Of a stretch of DNA of 64,000 bases, positions 53,694-64,000 are shown one piece after another. Made by a program: the position numbers and the translations under genes. This stretch comes from an uncultured delta proteobacterium. GTDB lineage: Bacteria; Desulfobacterota; Desulfobacteria; Desulfobacterales; Desulfatirhabdiaceae. The notes under the pieces were generated by a model. The model had not been told where the DNA came from, searched no databases, and saw only the letters and a list, made by a program, of their open reading frames with translations. The first letter of the stretch is position 1. Each line of letters begins with the position of its first letter. The stretch is from assembly GCA_963789395.1 (NCBI GenBank), contig CAWBKP010000012.1, forward strand, positions 288,001 through 352,000, written 5' to 3'.

Positions 53694-53953
53694 AGAAAAC
53701 ACGCAAACAGATTTTACACACTCCCGGCAAGCCGGTGATCAATCCTGCTTCAACACACAGCAAATTAACTTTTAATGGAATCGATCCTGAACACCAGCAA
53801 AATCTCGAACAGATCTGATCTTTTATAACACACATCGACTGTTTTTTCCAGGATATATTTTTTTATTATGACACATTCAATAAATTACCGATCTTTTATC
53901 AATTTTAAAGATCTATCAGATATGTTATCGAATAATATTTAGCACTAATCAAG

Positions 53954-53990
53954 TGGCTGATTTACGCCACATATTGGCTGATTTACGCCA
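53954..53990. promoter_or_regulatory. Tandem identical 16-bp operator sites
   Basis: TGGCTGATTTACGCCA at 53954 and 53975 (21-bp period), each a TGGC-N8-GCCA palindrome. Confidence 0.75.
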
Positions 53991-54215
53991 GTTAATTATT
54001 CCTGGTGCTTTTTCAATTCACCAATGCCCATTAGTTGATGACTGGAACAGTTAACGTTACCTGCAAATTGGAAAGGGATTCCATTGTTGATTAATAAAAA
54101 GGGATTGGTATAATAATTGTTTGTACCCGGAATATCCGCTGTGGTTGGAAAAACCCAGCGTCAAAGATATCAATTCGCTCATTATAAGCATCTAATAAGG
54201 AGAATCGCAAAGCTA

Positions 54216-56462
54216 ATGAATCCGTTCGAAAAAGAAGTTCTACAGTACCACATGGAGCCCAGACCCGGCAAAATCGCAGTCGTTCCCAGCAAGCCCTGCC
54301 TGTCGCAGCGGGATCTGAGCCTGGCCTACACACCGGGAGTAGCGATTCCCTGCCTGGAAATTCAGAAAAACCCCAATTTCTCTTTCGATTATACCTCCCG
54401 CGGGAATCTTGTCGGCGTCATCACCAATGGCACGGCGGTTCTGGGGCTTGGCAACATCGGCGCACTGGCCGGCAAGCCAGTTATGGAAGGCAAGGCGGTT
54501 TTGTTCAAACGGTTTGCCGATATCGATGTTTTCGACATCGAAGTCAACACGGAGGATCCGGACGAATTCATCCGGACGGTCAAGCTGCTGGAGCCCACAT
54601 TCGGGGGCATCAACCTGGAGGATATCAAGGCGCCTGATTGCTTCTATATTGAAGAAACGCTCAAAAAACAGATGTCCATTCCTGTCTTTCACGACGATCA
54701 GCATGGCACCGCGATCATATCCAGCGCTGGCCTGGTGAATGCCTGCATTCTGACGGACCGGAAAATGGCAGACCTGCGCATCGTGATCAACGGGGCGGGC
54801 GCTGCGGCCATCGCCAGCGCCGAGCTCTATATTCAGCTGGGCTGCCTCAGGGAAAACATCATGCTTCTGGATTCCAACGGCGTTATTTACAAGGGGCGTG
54901 AACGCGGCATGAACCCCTACAAAGAGGCGTTTGCCATCGATACGGAACTTCGGACCCTCGATGAGGCGGTACGCGGTGCGAATGTACTGGTCGGCCTGTC
55001 GGTAAAAGGCGCATTCACTCCGGAAATGCTCAGGCAGATGAGTGATAAACCGATTATTTTCGCACTGGCCAACCCGGATGCTGAAATCGATTACGATGAA
55101 GCAAAAGCAGCCAGGCCGGATGCCATCGTGGCGACCGGACGCTCCGATTATCCCAACCAGGTCAACAATGTGCTGGGGTTTCCGTTTATTTTCAGAGGCG
55201 CCCTGGATGTGCGCGCCAAAGCCATCAATTTGGAAATGAAGCTGGCCGCCGTTCACACACTTGCCGAACTGGCCCGTGAAGATGTTCCGGATTCGGTAAT
55301 CCGGGCATATGGCGGCAAGCCCATTCGATTCGGAGCCGATTACATCATCCCCAAGCCCTTGGATTCCAGAGTCCTTCTTATGGTAACGCCTGCGGTTGCC
55401 AATGCCGCGGTCGCCAGCGGAGTGGCCCGCGTGGGCCTTCCCAGCCCCCAGGCCTACCTGCAGGATCTGGAAACCCGGCTGGGACCCGAACGGGAAGTGA
55501 TGCGGAAAATTATTTTCAGCGCGCAGCAGAACCCCAAGCGGATCGTGCTGCCCGAAGGCAACCATCCCACCATTTTGCGAGCAGCGCATCAAGTGGCGCG
55601 GGAAGGCATCGCCATTCCGCTGCTTCTCGGAAACGAGGATGAAATCCGCTTTATTGCCGGCGATTTGAACATTCCTCTGGACGGCATCGAAATTCTGGAT
55701 CATCTCAAAAGCCCGCTTTTTGAGAAGTTCTCGGACAAACTCTTTCAAATGCGTGCCCGAAAGGGCTGGTCCCCGGCGGAAACGCGGTGGCAGCTCAGAA
55801 ACCGTTTCGTGTTCGGAGCCATGATGGTTCATGAAGGGCTGGTGCACGGCCAGGTGCACGGCATCAGCCGGTCTTATCCGGATGCGATCCGTCCGATGCT
55901 TCAGGTGATTCCCAAACGACCGGGGGTTTCTAAGGTCGCGGGTATATATATGATGATTTTCAGGGACCACACCCTGTTTATGGCGGACACCACCGTGAAT
56001 ATCCATCCCAGTTCCGAAGATCTGGCCGAGATTGCGATACTTTCCGCTGAAATGGTCAAATTTTTCGATATCAAACCCATTATCGCCATGCTGTCATTTT
56101 CCAATTTCGGATCCACCCGTCATCCGGACGCCACGCGGGTGGAGAATGCCGTTGAAATCGTACGCAAACGGAATCCGGACCTGATTATCGACGGCGAAAT
56201 GCAGGCGGATACGGCGGTTTCCGAAGAAATTTTAAACCGGCTGTATCCGTTCAACCGGCTGGGCTCTCCGGCCAATGTGCTGATATTCCCCAATCTGGAC
56301 GCAGGAAACGCCGCTTATAAATTGCTGAACCGATTGGGTGGGGCCAAGGCCGTAGGACCATTTTTAATGGGCATCAGCAAGCCGTTTAATGTGCTGCAGC
56401 GGGATACGGATATGGAAAATGTCGTGAACGTTATCGCCTTTACGGTGATCCAGTCTCGATAA
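54216..56462 (+). CDS. maeB: NADP-dependent malic enzyme with PTA-like domain
   Basis: [56 protein letters not shown]. Confidence 0.96.
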   Translation: MNPFEKEVLQYHMEPRPGKIAVVPSKPCLSQRDLSLAYTPGVAIPCLEIQKNPNFSFDYTSRGNLVGVITNGTAVLGLGNIGALAGKPVMEGKAVLFKRFADIDVFDIEVNTEDPDEFIRTVKLLEPTFGGINLEDIKAPDCFYIEETLKKQMSIPVFHDDQHGTAIISSAGLVNACILTDRKMADLRIVINGAGAAAIASAELYIQLGCLRENIMLLDSNGVIYKGRERGMNPYKEAFAIDTELRTLDEAVRGANVLVGLSVKGAFTPEMLRQMSDKPIIFALANPDAEIDYDEAKAARPDAIVATGRSDYPNQVNNVLGFPFIFRGALDVRAKAINLEMKLAAVHTLAELAREDVPDSVIRAYGGKPIRFGADYIIPKPLDSRVLLMVTPAVANAAVASGVARVGLPSPQAYLQDLETRLGPEREVMRKIIFSAQQNPKRIVLPEGNHPTILRAAHQVAREGIAIPLLLGNEDEIRFIAGDLNIPLDGIEILDHLKSPLFEKFSDKLFQMRARKGWSPAETRWQLRNRFVFGAMMVHEGLVHGQVHGISRSYPDAIRPMLQVIPKRPGVSKVAGIYMMIFRDHTLFMADTTVNIHPSSEDLAEIAILSAEMVKFFDIKPIIAMLSFSNFGSTRHPDATRVENAVEIVRKRNPDLIIDGEMQADTAVSEEILNRLYPFNRLGSPANVLIFPNLDAGNAAYKLLNRLGGAKAVGPFLMGISKPFNVLQRDTDMENVVNVIAFTVIQSR

Positions 56463-56692
56463 TTCAACCTGTAGCCTTCAATTGGAGGAGGTTTTGTTTC
56501 CCTTGTTCTTCTCTGCTTATTCATCCACAGAGCCTGAGAACGGGAAGGCGCTTTCGGTTCGGCTGTGTCAATCCGTATTTTGTTGACATTGAAGACTTTA
56601 ATTGTGTAAGTGTTTTAATTGTAACCGCTTATGAATCGACGAAAACGCATTTTCACGGCAAACTGTTCAAAGTTTATTTTGAGGAGGGGAAA

Positions 56693-57001
56693 ATGACGGT
56701 ACGCGTACTCATGACACGAAGAGTTCCGAAACTGACGAACGGACTGGAAGCCACCATGCTGCGCAATCTCTATGAATTGCTGTTCGAACTGCGGAATATG
56801 GCAAATCATCAGCCGGGTTATATTTCCGGGGAAACCATGCGCAATGTCGAGGACCGCAACGAATATCTTGTTATCAGCACCTGGAAATCCCTTGAAGCAT
56901 GGCAGAAATGGTTTGCCAACGAGAAACGGGCGGAGAAGGAAGGCAATGTGGATGCGCTGCTCGGATCAGCGACCGTCTATAAAATTTACAGTTATGACTA
57001 A
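56693..57001 (+). CDS. ABM (antibiotic biosynthesis monooxygenase-like) domain protein
   Basis: QPGYISGET, YLVISTWKSLEAW; strong SD. Confidence 0.85.
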   Translation: MTVRVLMTRRVPKLTNGLEATMLRNLYELLFELRNMANHQPGYISGETMRNVEDRNEYLVISTWKSLEAWQKWFANEKRAEKEGNVDALLGSATVYKIYSYD

Positions 57002-57061
57002 TTGCGGATTTCTGCCCATTACCAATCGCGGTTAAGATTGACGACTTAGGACATAAAGCCT

Positions 57062-58444
57062 TTGACGGATGAATTCGATGTGATTATCGTGGGCGGCGGC
57101 CCTGCGGGTCTGTTTGCAGCGTATTATTTATGCGAACATTCGGATCTGCGGGTGTTGCTGATTGAAAAGGGCAAGACCCCATTTCGCCGCAAATGTCCCA
57201 TGAATGCCAAAAATCCCTGCCAGCACTGCAAACCGTGCAATATCCTCTGCGGCATCGGCGGCGCCGGACTCTTTTCGGACGGCAAACTCAACTACATCTA
57301 CAAACTGGGCAAAACCGACCTGTCGCAATTCCTGTCCATAAGCGACGCCCAGAAATTAATCGATGAAACAGAGCAGATTTTCAACCTTTTCGGCATGGAC
57401 GGACCGGTCTATCCCACCGACATGGCAGCGGCCCAGACTATTCGAAAAACCGCAAAGCGCCATGGAATCGACCTGTTGATCATCAAACAGAAGCATCTGG
57501 GCAGCGATCGCCTGCCGGACTATATCGCCGATATGGCCGAAACCATCCGCTCCCGGGGCGTGGGAATGCACACCTCTGAAGATGTGCGCGACATCACGGT
57601 GATCGACGGCCGGGTGACCGGCGTGGTCACCAACCGCAAAACCTACGCCGCGGCCCATGTCATTCTGGCTCCCGGCCGGGCAGGCGCCAACTGGATGGGC
57701 CAATTGGCCGAAAAATACAATTTGGGGTTGTCTCAGCGCGGTATCGAAGTCGGCGTTCGGGTCGAGGTGCATAACGACATATTACAGGATCTGTGCCGTA
57801 TCATCTATGATCCCACATTTTTCATTCAAACCGAAAAATACGATGATCAGACGCGCACCTTTTGCACCAACCAGGGTGGATATGTGGCCATGGAGAATTA
57901 CAGCCGCTTTGTCTGCGTCAATGGTCACGCCTATCAGGACCGGAAGTCGGAAAACACGAATTTTGCCTTTTTGTCCAAGGTGGTGCTGACGGAACCCGTT
58001 ACCGACAACCAGGCATATGGCGAGTCCATCGGCCAGCTGGCAACCTTGATCGGCGGCGGCAAACCGATCCTGCAGCGATTCGGAGATCTGAAACGGGGAC
58101 GCCGCAGCACCTGGCATCGCATCCACAAGGGATACATCACCCCTACCCTCACGAATGTAGTCTGCGGCGATATTGCCATGGCCCTGCCCGAACGGATTTT
58201 AACCAATCTCACCGAAGGGCTGGGAAAACTCAATCAGGTGGTCACCGGCGTTTCCAATGACGAGACCCTGCTTTATGCACCGGAAATCAAATTCTTCGCA
58301 ACCCAGGTGCATACCGACGCTCATCTGGAGACGGCAATCAAGGGACTGTTTGTGGCCGGCGACGGTCCGGGCGTGGCCGGCAACATCGTATCGGCCAGCG
58401 CAACAGGACTGATACCCGCCAAAGCCATTCTGGCTGGCCGGTAA
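57062..58444 (+). CDS. FAD-dependent oxidoreductase (uncharacterised family)
   Basis: GGGPAG, Cys cluster CQHCKPC, GGAGLFSDGKL, GVRVE, RTFC, VNGH, AGDG. Confidence 0.88.
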   Translation: MTDEFDVIIVGGGPAGLFAAYYLCEHSDLRVLLIEKGKTPFRRKCPMNAKNPCQHCKPCNILCGIGGAGLFSDGKLNYIYKLGKTDLSQFLSISDAQKLIDETEQIFNLFGMDGPVYPTDMAAAQTIRKTAKRHGIDLLIIKQKHLGSDRLPDYIADMAETIRSRGVGMHTSEDVRDITVIDGRVTGVVTNRKTYAAAHVILAPGRAGANWMGQLAEKYNLGLSQRGIEVGVRVEVHNDILQDLCRIIYDPTFFIQTEKYDDQTRTFCTNQGGYVAMENYSRFVCVNGHAYQDRKSENTNFAFLSKVVLTEPVTDNQAYGESIGQLATLIGGGKPILQRFGDLKRGRRSTWHRIHKGYITPTLTNVVCGDIAMALPERILTNLTEGLGKLNQVVTGVSNDETLLYAPEIKFFATQVHTDAHLETAIKGLFVAGDGPGVAGNIVSASATGLIPAKAILAGR

Positions 58445-58520
58445 GGACTGCAGCATCATGCAAACAAGGCTATCCGGGTCTCCTCCGCCTGGACCAGCCA
58501 AACGGGAGAAAATCCGCCCC

Positions 58521-59459
58521 TTAAGATGCAGATTGCAGGCGTGTGTAAGCCATCAGCCCAATAATTGTCAGTACAATTCCGATCACCCCGATGGGACCCG
58601 GGAAGACGCCCTGCAAAATAACAATTTCCCCAACGAGCGAGAAAAACACTTCCATGGATTGAGTGGCATCAACAGCGGCAATTTCGCCGGGAGTTACGCA
58701 CAGGTGTCTGGCATGAAGAAACAGGGTTGTTGCAACGACTCCGGAAAACAACGCCACCATCGCCGTGTGAATCAGCTGCCCTGATGAAGGCGCAGGGGGA
58801 GAGGCAAGAAGAACAAGCATGATCCAGAATGGAATCGAACCCACGGTGAGCAGCAGCACACGGGCAAAGCTGTCTTCCATCACGGCATGCTCAATGTGTG
58901 GAATGAGGCCATTGCCCCCCTGCCTTGCCTCCCATACCATCTGATTGCCGATCGGATAGGCGAATGCAGCAATCAGAACAGGGAAAACGCCAAGGATCAT
59001 ATCTTGAGTCGTTGCCGAAGCCGCATGCTCGATGTTCACCAGCAGGATACCCGTAAAGACGAGCCCTGTGAGCAGCACCCCTTTGGTCGGAACTTTCTTG
59101 CCAAAGACAAGCAGAACGATTGGCGTGGCCAGAATGGTAGTCTGCCAAGTCGTTGCGACGATCCACCCCGCTGCATAGGAAGCACTGAAGCTTATCAGCG
59201 CATAGAACACACCAAAGCCGATACTCCCTGCGGTGATCCAAAAGCGCCAATATCGAAGAAACACCCCCTTGATCTCAGAAAGCTGTTTTGCGCCTTTTGT
59301 AAAGAGCAGACACACACTCAGAAACACAAGCATATATCCGAACCGCAGACTTGCAGTCCAGACCCAATGACCGCCTTCCAGGCTCATGGCTCTGTTCAGG
59401 ACAAACGTACTGCTGAAAAACAAGGCTGCCAGCATTCCAAGCAAAATGATGCGAAGCAT
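58521..59459 (-). CDS. DMT-superfamily putative multidrug-resistance efflux transporter
   Basis: ALFFSSTFVLNRAM, WTASLR, AAFAYPIGN, SGVVAT, AVDATQS; about 10 TM segments. Confidence 0.8.
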   Translation of the reverse strand: MLRIILLGMLAALFFSSTFVLNRAMSLEGGHWVWTASLRFGYMLVFLSVCLLFTKGAKQLSEIKGVFLRYWRFWITAGSIGFGVFYALISFSASYAAGWIVATTWQTTILATPIVLLVFGKKVPTKGVLLTGLVFTGILLVNIEHAASATTQDMILGVFPVLIAAFAYPIGNQMVWEARQGGNGLIPHIEHAVMEDSFARVLLLTVGSIPFWIMLVLLASPPAPSSGQLIHTAMVALFSGVVATTLFLHARHLCVTPGEIAAVDATQSMEVFFSLVGEIVILQGVFPGPIGVIGIVLTIIGLMAYTRLQSAS

Positions 59460-59495
59460 TACAACTCCAGGCATGAAACACACTGTTATGCGTGA

Positions 59496-59960
59496 CTATG
59501 ACTCCAAGATGGCGTCAATCAGCGCTTCTTTTTCGCGGTTGGTAATGTAGGGTCGCATGCGCACATCGTGAATTTTGCCTTCGCGCTCCCTTTTTCGCCT
59601 GGCAGCCGCATCAATCTTGGCGGTTAACGCCACCAAATCGCATGGCTTCATCAGATAGTCCCGCGCACCGTTGCGCATGGCTTCAACGGCAGTGGCAACC
59701 GTGGCGTGAGCCGTGAGCATAATCGGTTCCAGCAGGGGCTGCCTCGCTTTGATATGGCTGAGGGTTTCCAGGCCATCCATGCCGGGCATCTTGACATCCA
59801 GCAGCACCACATCCACGTTTTTTATATCATCCAGCATACGAAGCGCAGCTTCGCCGCTCAGGGCGGAAACCACCTGATAGCCCCGGCTCACCAACCGCCG
59901 GGACAGCGCTTCAACAAAGCCATTTTCATCATCGACCAGCAGAAGTTGGATGGGCATCAT
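59496..59960 (-). CDS. Single-domain response regulator
   Basis: LLVDDE, LLDVKMPGMDG, MLTAHA, YLMKP. Confidence 0.9.
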   Translation of the reverse strand: MMPIQLLLVDDENGFVEALSRRLVSRGYQVVSALSGEAALRMLDDIKNVDVVLLDVKMPGMDGLETLSHIKARQPLLEPIMLTAHATVATAVEAMRNGARDYLMKPCDLVALTAKIDAAARRKREREGKIHDVRMRPYITNREKEALIDAILES

Positions 59961-60183
59961 GGATGTTGCCTGCCTTTCTTGCGCATGACGCAATATAGTC
60001 CATAAATTGATGAATAATCAAGCCGGACGCTAAATGCGGGAGATTTGGATCAGAAATCGATGATATTGGAAAAAACCGTGCTGCATGCCGGGTCGGCAGA
60101 GAAGCTGACGGGAAGATGATCGGTAGATTACCTTTTGGTCATTTTAGAACTGCAGGAGAGCGGTTTCCTTCGAAAAGTCGGGA

Positions 60184-61590
60184 TCAGGACTGTGGAAGCG
60201 TTACGGTAAAGGCGCTTCCCTGCCCCGGCCGGCTTGACACCGTGATATCGCCCCCATGAGCCCGGGCGATGGCCCGTGCCAGACTGAGGCCAAGGCCGGT
60301 TCCGGCTTCGGATCGGCTCCGGTCGCACCGGTAGAAGCGCTCGAAAATGTGAGGAATATCCGCTTCGGAAATACCGATGCCTGTATCTTGAACCGTAATC
60401 GTCAACGTATTTTCGGTGCATTCCGAAACCAGCATCTGGACGGTCCCGCCGGAGGCGGTGTATTTGATCGCATTGTCCAGAAGGTTCGAGAGCATCCGCT
60501 GAATCGAACGGACATCCCCGAGGATGTCGCAGTTTTCAGGAATATCCCGGACCAACGTCAGGCCCTTGTCTTCAGCCATGGTTTCGAAAAGCGCACAGGC
60601 ATCCCGGACAAGATGTGCCAGATCGATTTTCTCCCGAACGGGCTGATCCACACCGGCTTGTGTTTTTGATATCATCAGCATGGTGTTGATCATATCCAGA
60701 AGGCGATCGCAATCCTCAATGGCGCTTGCCGCCATGGTCTGGTATTCGGACAGGGACTCCCCGGTGGTCAGGGTGATCTCGGCCATGCCCCGGATACGGG
60801 TAAGCGGACTCTTCAAATCATGCGCAATATTGTCGCCCATCTGCCGGATCTCCGTGACAAGGGCCTGGATACGGTCCAGCATCTGGTTGAAAGTTACCGC
60901 CAGCTGATCGATTTCATCGCCCCTGGACTTGACGGGAACCCGCTTTTCAAGCGTGCCCCCGGAAATGCTCCGGGCCGTTCGGGTAATCGCCTCGACGCCC
61001 GAAACAGCCCGGCGGGCCATGAACCAGCCGACCCCTGTCGCCAGAGCAATGAGAAGCGCCATCGTCGTTAGAAATATTCCCCGGAAGGCGTCGATGATCC
61101 GCGCGTAATTTTCCATCGACTGGCCGATCTGGAGAATAACGCCGGGGCCGATCAATGCGTAGAGGATACGCACCTGGTCCCGGCGGCCATCCAGGCTGGC
61201 CGTTTCCAGCACCTGGCTGCTGCCGGAAAGAAGCTGCCCGATCGCCGTCTTGCGGACGGGAATATCTTTCCAATACGTCATGTTGGACGAGGACACGGCC
61301 TCTCCTGTTGGATAGAGAAGCCGGATAAAGACTTTTTTTTCACCGGCAGCCTGGGCTTCAAGCAGGGCGAAATTTTCGACCACGCCGATGCCCCGTTCCC
61401 GCAACAGGGATGAAAACTGGGCTGCCTGGCTTAAAAGCTCCTGATCCGTTCTTTCCCGGATTACGGAGGTGATGAGGGCATAAAACAGAAGAAAGGCGAC
61501 AAAGGAGGAGACCGCGAAAATCCCGGCGTACCAAAGGGTCAGTCGGAAGGAGAGGCTACTGTGCAAGCGGCTGGGTTTCCTTGAGGACAT
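60184..61590 (-). CDS. Sensor histidine kinase (HAMP; CusS/CzcS-like)
   Basis: Two TMs, GDEIDQLA, IAHDLKSPL, NLLDNAIKY, DTGIG, FERFYR, GTGLGL. Confidence 0.93.
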   Translation of the reverse strand: MSSRKPSRLHSSLSFRLTLWYAGIFAVSSFVAFLLFYALITSVIRERTDQELLSQAAQFSSLLRERGIGVVENFALLEAQAAGEKKVFIRLLYPTGEAVSSSNMTYWKDIPVRKTAIGQLLSGSSQVLETASLDGRRDQVRILYALIGPGVILQIGQSMENYARIIDAFRGIFLTTMALLIALATGVGWFMARRAVSGVEAITRTARSISGGTLEKRVPVKSRGDEIDQLAVTFNQMLDRIQALVTEIRQMGDNIAHDLKSPLTRIRGMAEITLTTGESLSEYQTMAASAIEDCDRLLDMINTMLMISKTQAGVDQPVREKIDLAHLVRDACALFETMAEDKGLTLVRDIPENCDILGDVRSIQRMLSNLLDNAIKYTASGGTVQMLVSECTENTLTITVQDTGIGISEADIPHIFERFYRCDRSRSEAGTGLGLSLARAIARAHGGDITVSSRPGQGSAFTVTLPQS

Positions 61591-62251
61591 ATCCCACTCC
61601 CCGGACGGTATGTATCAGCTTTTTTTCAAATCCTTTATCGATTTTATCCCGCAACCTGCTGATTCTGGCTTCCACCACATTGGTCTGGGGATCGAAATGA
61701 TAATCCCAAACATGTTCCATGATCATTGTTTTGGAGACGATCCTACCGGCATGCCGCATCAGATATTCCAGAAGAGAAAACTCCAGGGGCTGCAATGCGA
61801 TATTTTTTCCATCCCGAATCACCTCACGGGTCAGGAGGTTGACGGACAGCTCCGCAACGCTCAGCCGAGTAGGCTCGGAAATGCCGCCGGCCCGACGGAT
61901 CAGCGCCTGCACCCGCGCCAACAGCTCGGAAAAAGCAAAGGGTTTTGTCAGATAATCATCCGCTCCGGTCTCCAGCCCCTTGACCCGGTCATCGACCTCA
62001 CCTCTGGCGCTGAGGATCAGGACCGGCGTATTGACCTGTTGATTGCGCAGTTGACGGATCAGCGACAAACCGTCCCGTTTGGGCAGCATAATGTCGACTA
62101 CAATCCCATCGTAAGGTTCAGAAATGGCCAGATCGAGTCCTGCTTCGCCGTCCAGTGCATGGTCAACGGCATACCCTGCGGATCTCAACCCCTTGAGAAT
62201 GAATGAGGCGATCTTAACGTCATCCTCGACCACCAACAATCTCACCGCCAA
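61556..62251 (-). CDS. OmpR-family response regulator (CusR/CzcR-like)
   Basis: VVEDD, DIMLP, GADDYLTKPFAFSELLAR, FDPQTNVVE, HTVRGVGY. Confidence 0.94.
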   Translation of the reverse strand: MAVRLLVVEDDVKIASFILKGLRSAGYAVDHALDGEAGLDLAISEPYDGIVVDIMLPKRDGLSLIRQLRNQQVNTPVLILSARGEVDDRVKGLETGADDYLTKPFAFSELLARVQALIRRAGGISEPTRLSVAELSVNLLTREVIRDGKNIALQPLEFSLLEYLMRHAGRIVSKTMIMEHVWDYHFDPQTNVVEARISRLRDKIDKGFEKKLIHTVRGVGYVLKETQPLAQ

Positions 62252-62298
62252 CCTCCATTATTGCATCTACAGGCAATATCCGCCTGCCGAGTCGATCT

Positions 62299-62418
62299 CT
62301 ACATCCCCATACCGAGCATCAAGCGCACGATCCCGGCCAACACAAGCATGGCTGCCATGCCGCCGACAAACAACCCGCCAAACCACAGCCACTGGCGCTG
62401 TTTTTCAGTAAACCGCAT
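62299..62418 (-). CDS. Small single-TM protein downstream of cydB (DUF2474-like cytochrome bd accessory)
   Basis: MRFTEKQRQWLWFGGLFVGGMAAMLVLAGIVRLMLGMGM overlapping the cydB end. Confidence 0.6.
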   Translation of the reverse strand: MRFTEKQRQWLWFGGLFVGGMAAMLVLAGIVRLMLGMGM

Positions 62419-63431
62419 CATGTTCGTGGGAGGCCTTTCCCCGAAACACCCAGAAACAATATCCCGTGTAGGCAAGGATACAGGGAAGAAGGAAAACTGT
62501 GCCCAGCAGCAGCAGGGATTGGGATTCCGGGGCTGCTGCCGCATGCCCAGAGGCTAACCTTGAAGGGCACCAGCCACGGCCAGGTGCTGATCCCGATGCC
62601 GATGTAATTCATGAGGAATATGCCAAGGGCGAGAAAAAAAGGCCGGTATTCCCGACCCGCACCAAGATCCCGCCAAAGCATGACACAGAATACCACAGAC
62701 AGGATAGGCATGGGCTGAAGCCAGTAGAAGTTGGGCAGACTGAACCACAGGTCCTTGATGGCGTCGTTCATCAGCGGCATGGCAAGGCTCACCAGTCCCA
62801 TGAACAGGGCCACGCACAGCATCATGTACCGGGCGCATTGACGCGCCCAAGCCTGGGTGTCGTCCTCGGTTTTCATGATGGTCCAGGTGGCGCCAAGCAG
62901 CGCGTAGCCGGTCACCAGGGCAGCGCCGGTCATGAAACTGAAGGCGTTCAGCCAATCGAAAGGGCCGCCGGAAAAATTGCGGCCTTCCACGGCAATGCCG
63001 TGAACAAAGGTGCCCAGCACCATGCCCTGCATGAACGTGGCCACGACGGAGCCGATGTGGAACGAATAGTCCCAGATGCGCCTGGATTTACCTTCGGCCT
63101 TGAAGCGGAATTCGAATGCCACACCGCGGAAAATCAGGCCAAGCAGCATGAGGATGATGGGGATGTAAAAGGCCGGCATAAGTATGGCGTAGGCCAGGGG
63201 AAAGGCTGCGAACAGGCCGCCGCCCCCGAGAACCAGCCAGGTCTCGTTGCCGTCCCAGAAGGGGGCGATGGAGTTCATCATACGGTTCCGGCACGCATCT
63301 GTGGGGGCAAAGGGAAACAGAATGCCCACGCCCAGATCAAATCCGTCCAGCAGGACATACAGGAAGATGACCGTTACGATCAGCGCATACCAGATCAGCG
63401 GCAGATCCAGAAAACTTTCGAAACTAAACAT
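62405..63431 (-). CDS. cydB: Cytochrome bd oxidase subunit II (frameshift near 62545)
   Basis: LDGFDLGVG, PFWDGNETWLV, RGVAFEFR; shifted frame restores AAAAPESQ...YTGYCFWVFRGK...Y*. Confidence 0.93.
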
Positions 63432-64000
63432 CTTTCCCTCCTGTCTGAACAGCCAGATCCGTGATCAGGGGCGGCTGTTTCACGCCGTGGCTTCCATAGG
63501 CATCTTCTTCCGCGGTTTCCGGCCCCTTTGCGATAAGTTTCAAGATGTAATAGGCCCCGGCGGTAAACACCAGGCCATAGGTAATGACAAAAGCGGCAAG
63601 GGAAACGGCAACTGACCCGCCGGCAACCGGCGATATGGTTTCCGATGTTCGCAATACGTTGAACACGATAAACGGCTGACGGCCCACCTCGGTGACGAAC
63701 CAGCCGGACACCACCGCAACAAAGCCGGCAGGCGTCATGGCCATGCACCAGAGGTGAAACCATCGCGTGGAAAAGAGCTGTTTTTTCAGGAACAGCACGA
63801 GCCCGGCCAGGCCTGTTGCGATCATCAGCATCCCAAGACCCACCATAATGCGGAATGTCCAGAAGACCAGAAACACAGGGGGACGATCCGCTTTTTTCCA
63901 GGTCTTTAGCCCCTTCACCTCCCCGTTCAAGTCATGGGTGAGGATCAAGCTGGAGAGTTTGGGAATGGTAATCTCGAAGGCATTTTGCTCCCTGTTTTGA
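63424..64000 (-). CDS. cydA: Cytochrome bd oxidase subunit I (5' end outside window)
   Basis: FWTFRIMVGLG, GWFVTEVGRQP. Confidence 0.93.
   Translation of the reverse strand, partial: QNREQNAFEITIPKLSSLILTHDLNGEVKGLKTWKKADRPPVFLVFWTFRIMVGLGMLMIATGLAGLVLFLKKQLFSTRWFHLWCMAMTPAGFVAVVSGWFVTEVGRQPFIVFNVLRTSETISPVAGGSVAVSLAAFVITYGLVFTAGAYYILKLIAKGPETAEEDAYGSHGVKQPPLITDLAVQTGGKDV

Noticed and set aside
53954..53990. Direct repeats as a CRISPR remnant
   Set aside because: Only two 16-bp units with a 5-bp spacer and no cas genes; fits a transcription-factor site.
54240..56006. 588-aa ORF antisense to maeB
   Set aside because: Shadow ORF fully opposite a conserved gene, with no motifs; explained by codon bias.

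Overview
Gene-dense bacterial chromosome segment. The content (sigma-54 regulators, tungsten-type AOR, Liv/TRAP transporters, MaeB, CBS-ACT protein) suggests an anaerobic Desulfobacterota-like organism (inference). Left to right: purD (partial), typA; a sigma-54 regulon (gabT-aor divergent from a PAS enhancer-binding protein and a Liv-type ABC transporter plus deaminase); a DUF362/4Fe-4S protein; an acyl-CoA dehydrogenase-TetR-phosphotransferase-CoA ligase cluster; KtrBA; a TRAP transporter; a decaying hexuronate/aldonate cluster containing an intact LarA-family racemase/epimerase; MscS; Dus; a thaumatin-like lipoprotein; an iadA-gsiABCD-like-C26 hydrolase operon interrupted by a toxin-antitoxin remnant; a sensor kinase with an NtrC-type regulator; a second Liv cluster; maeB; several accessory genes; an OmpR-type two-component pair; and cytochrome bd (cydA partial, cydB, small subunit). 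No rRNA, tRNA, CRISPR array or intact transposase was seen. Many genes carry single-base indels, probably partly sequencing or assembly error. The most notable items are the bacterial 10-Cys thaumatin-like lipoprotein, a candidate ferredoxin-reducing omega-amino-acid pathway (GabT+AOR) with visible operators, the LarA homolog in a sugar-acid context, the isopeptide-salvage operon, gene fragments spliced at microhomologies, and a REP-containing MITE with a target-site duplication.
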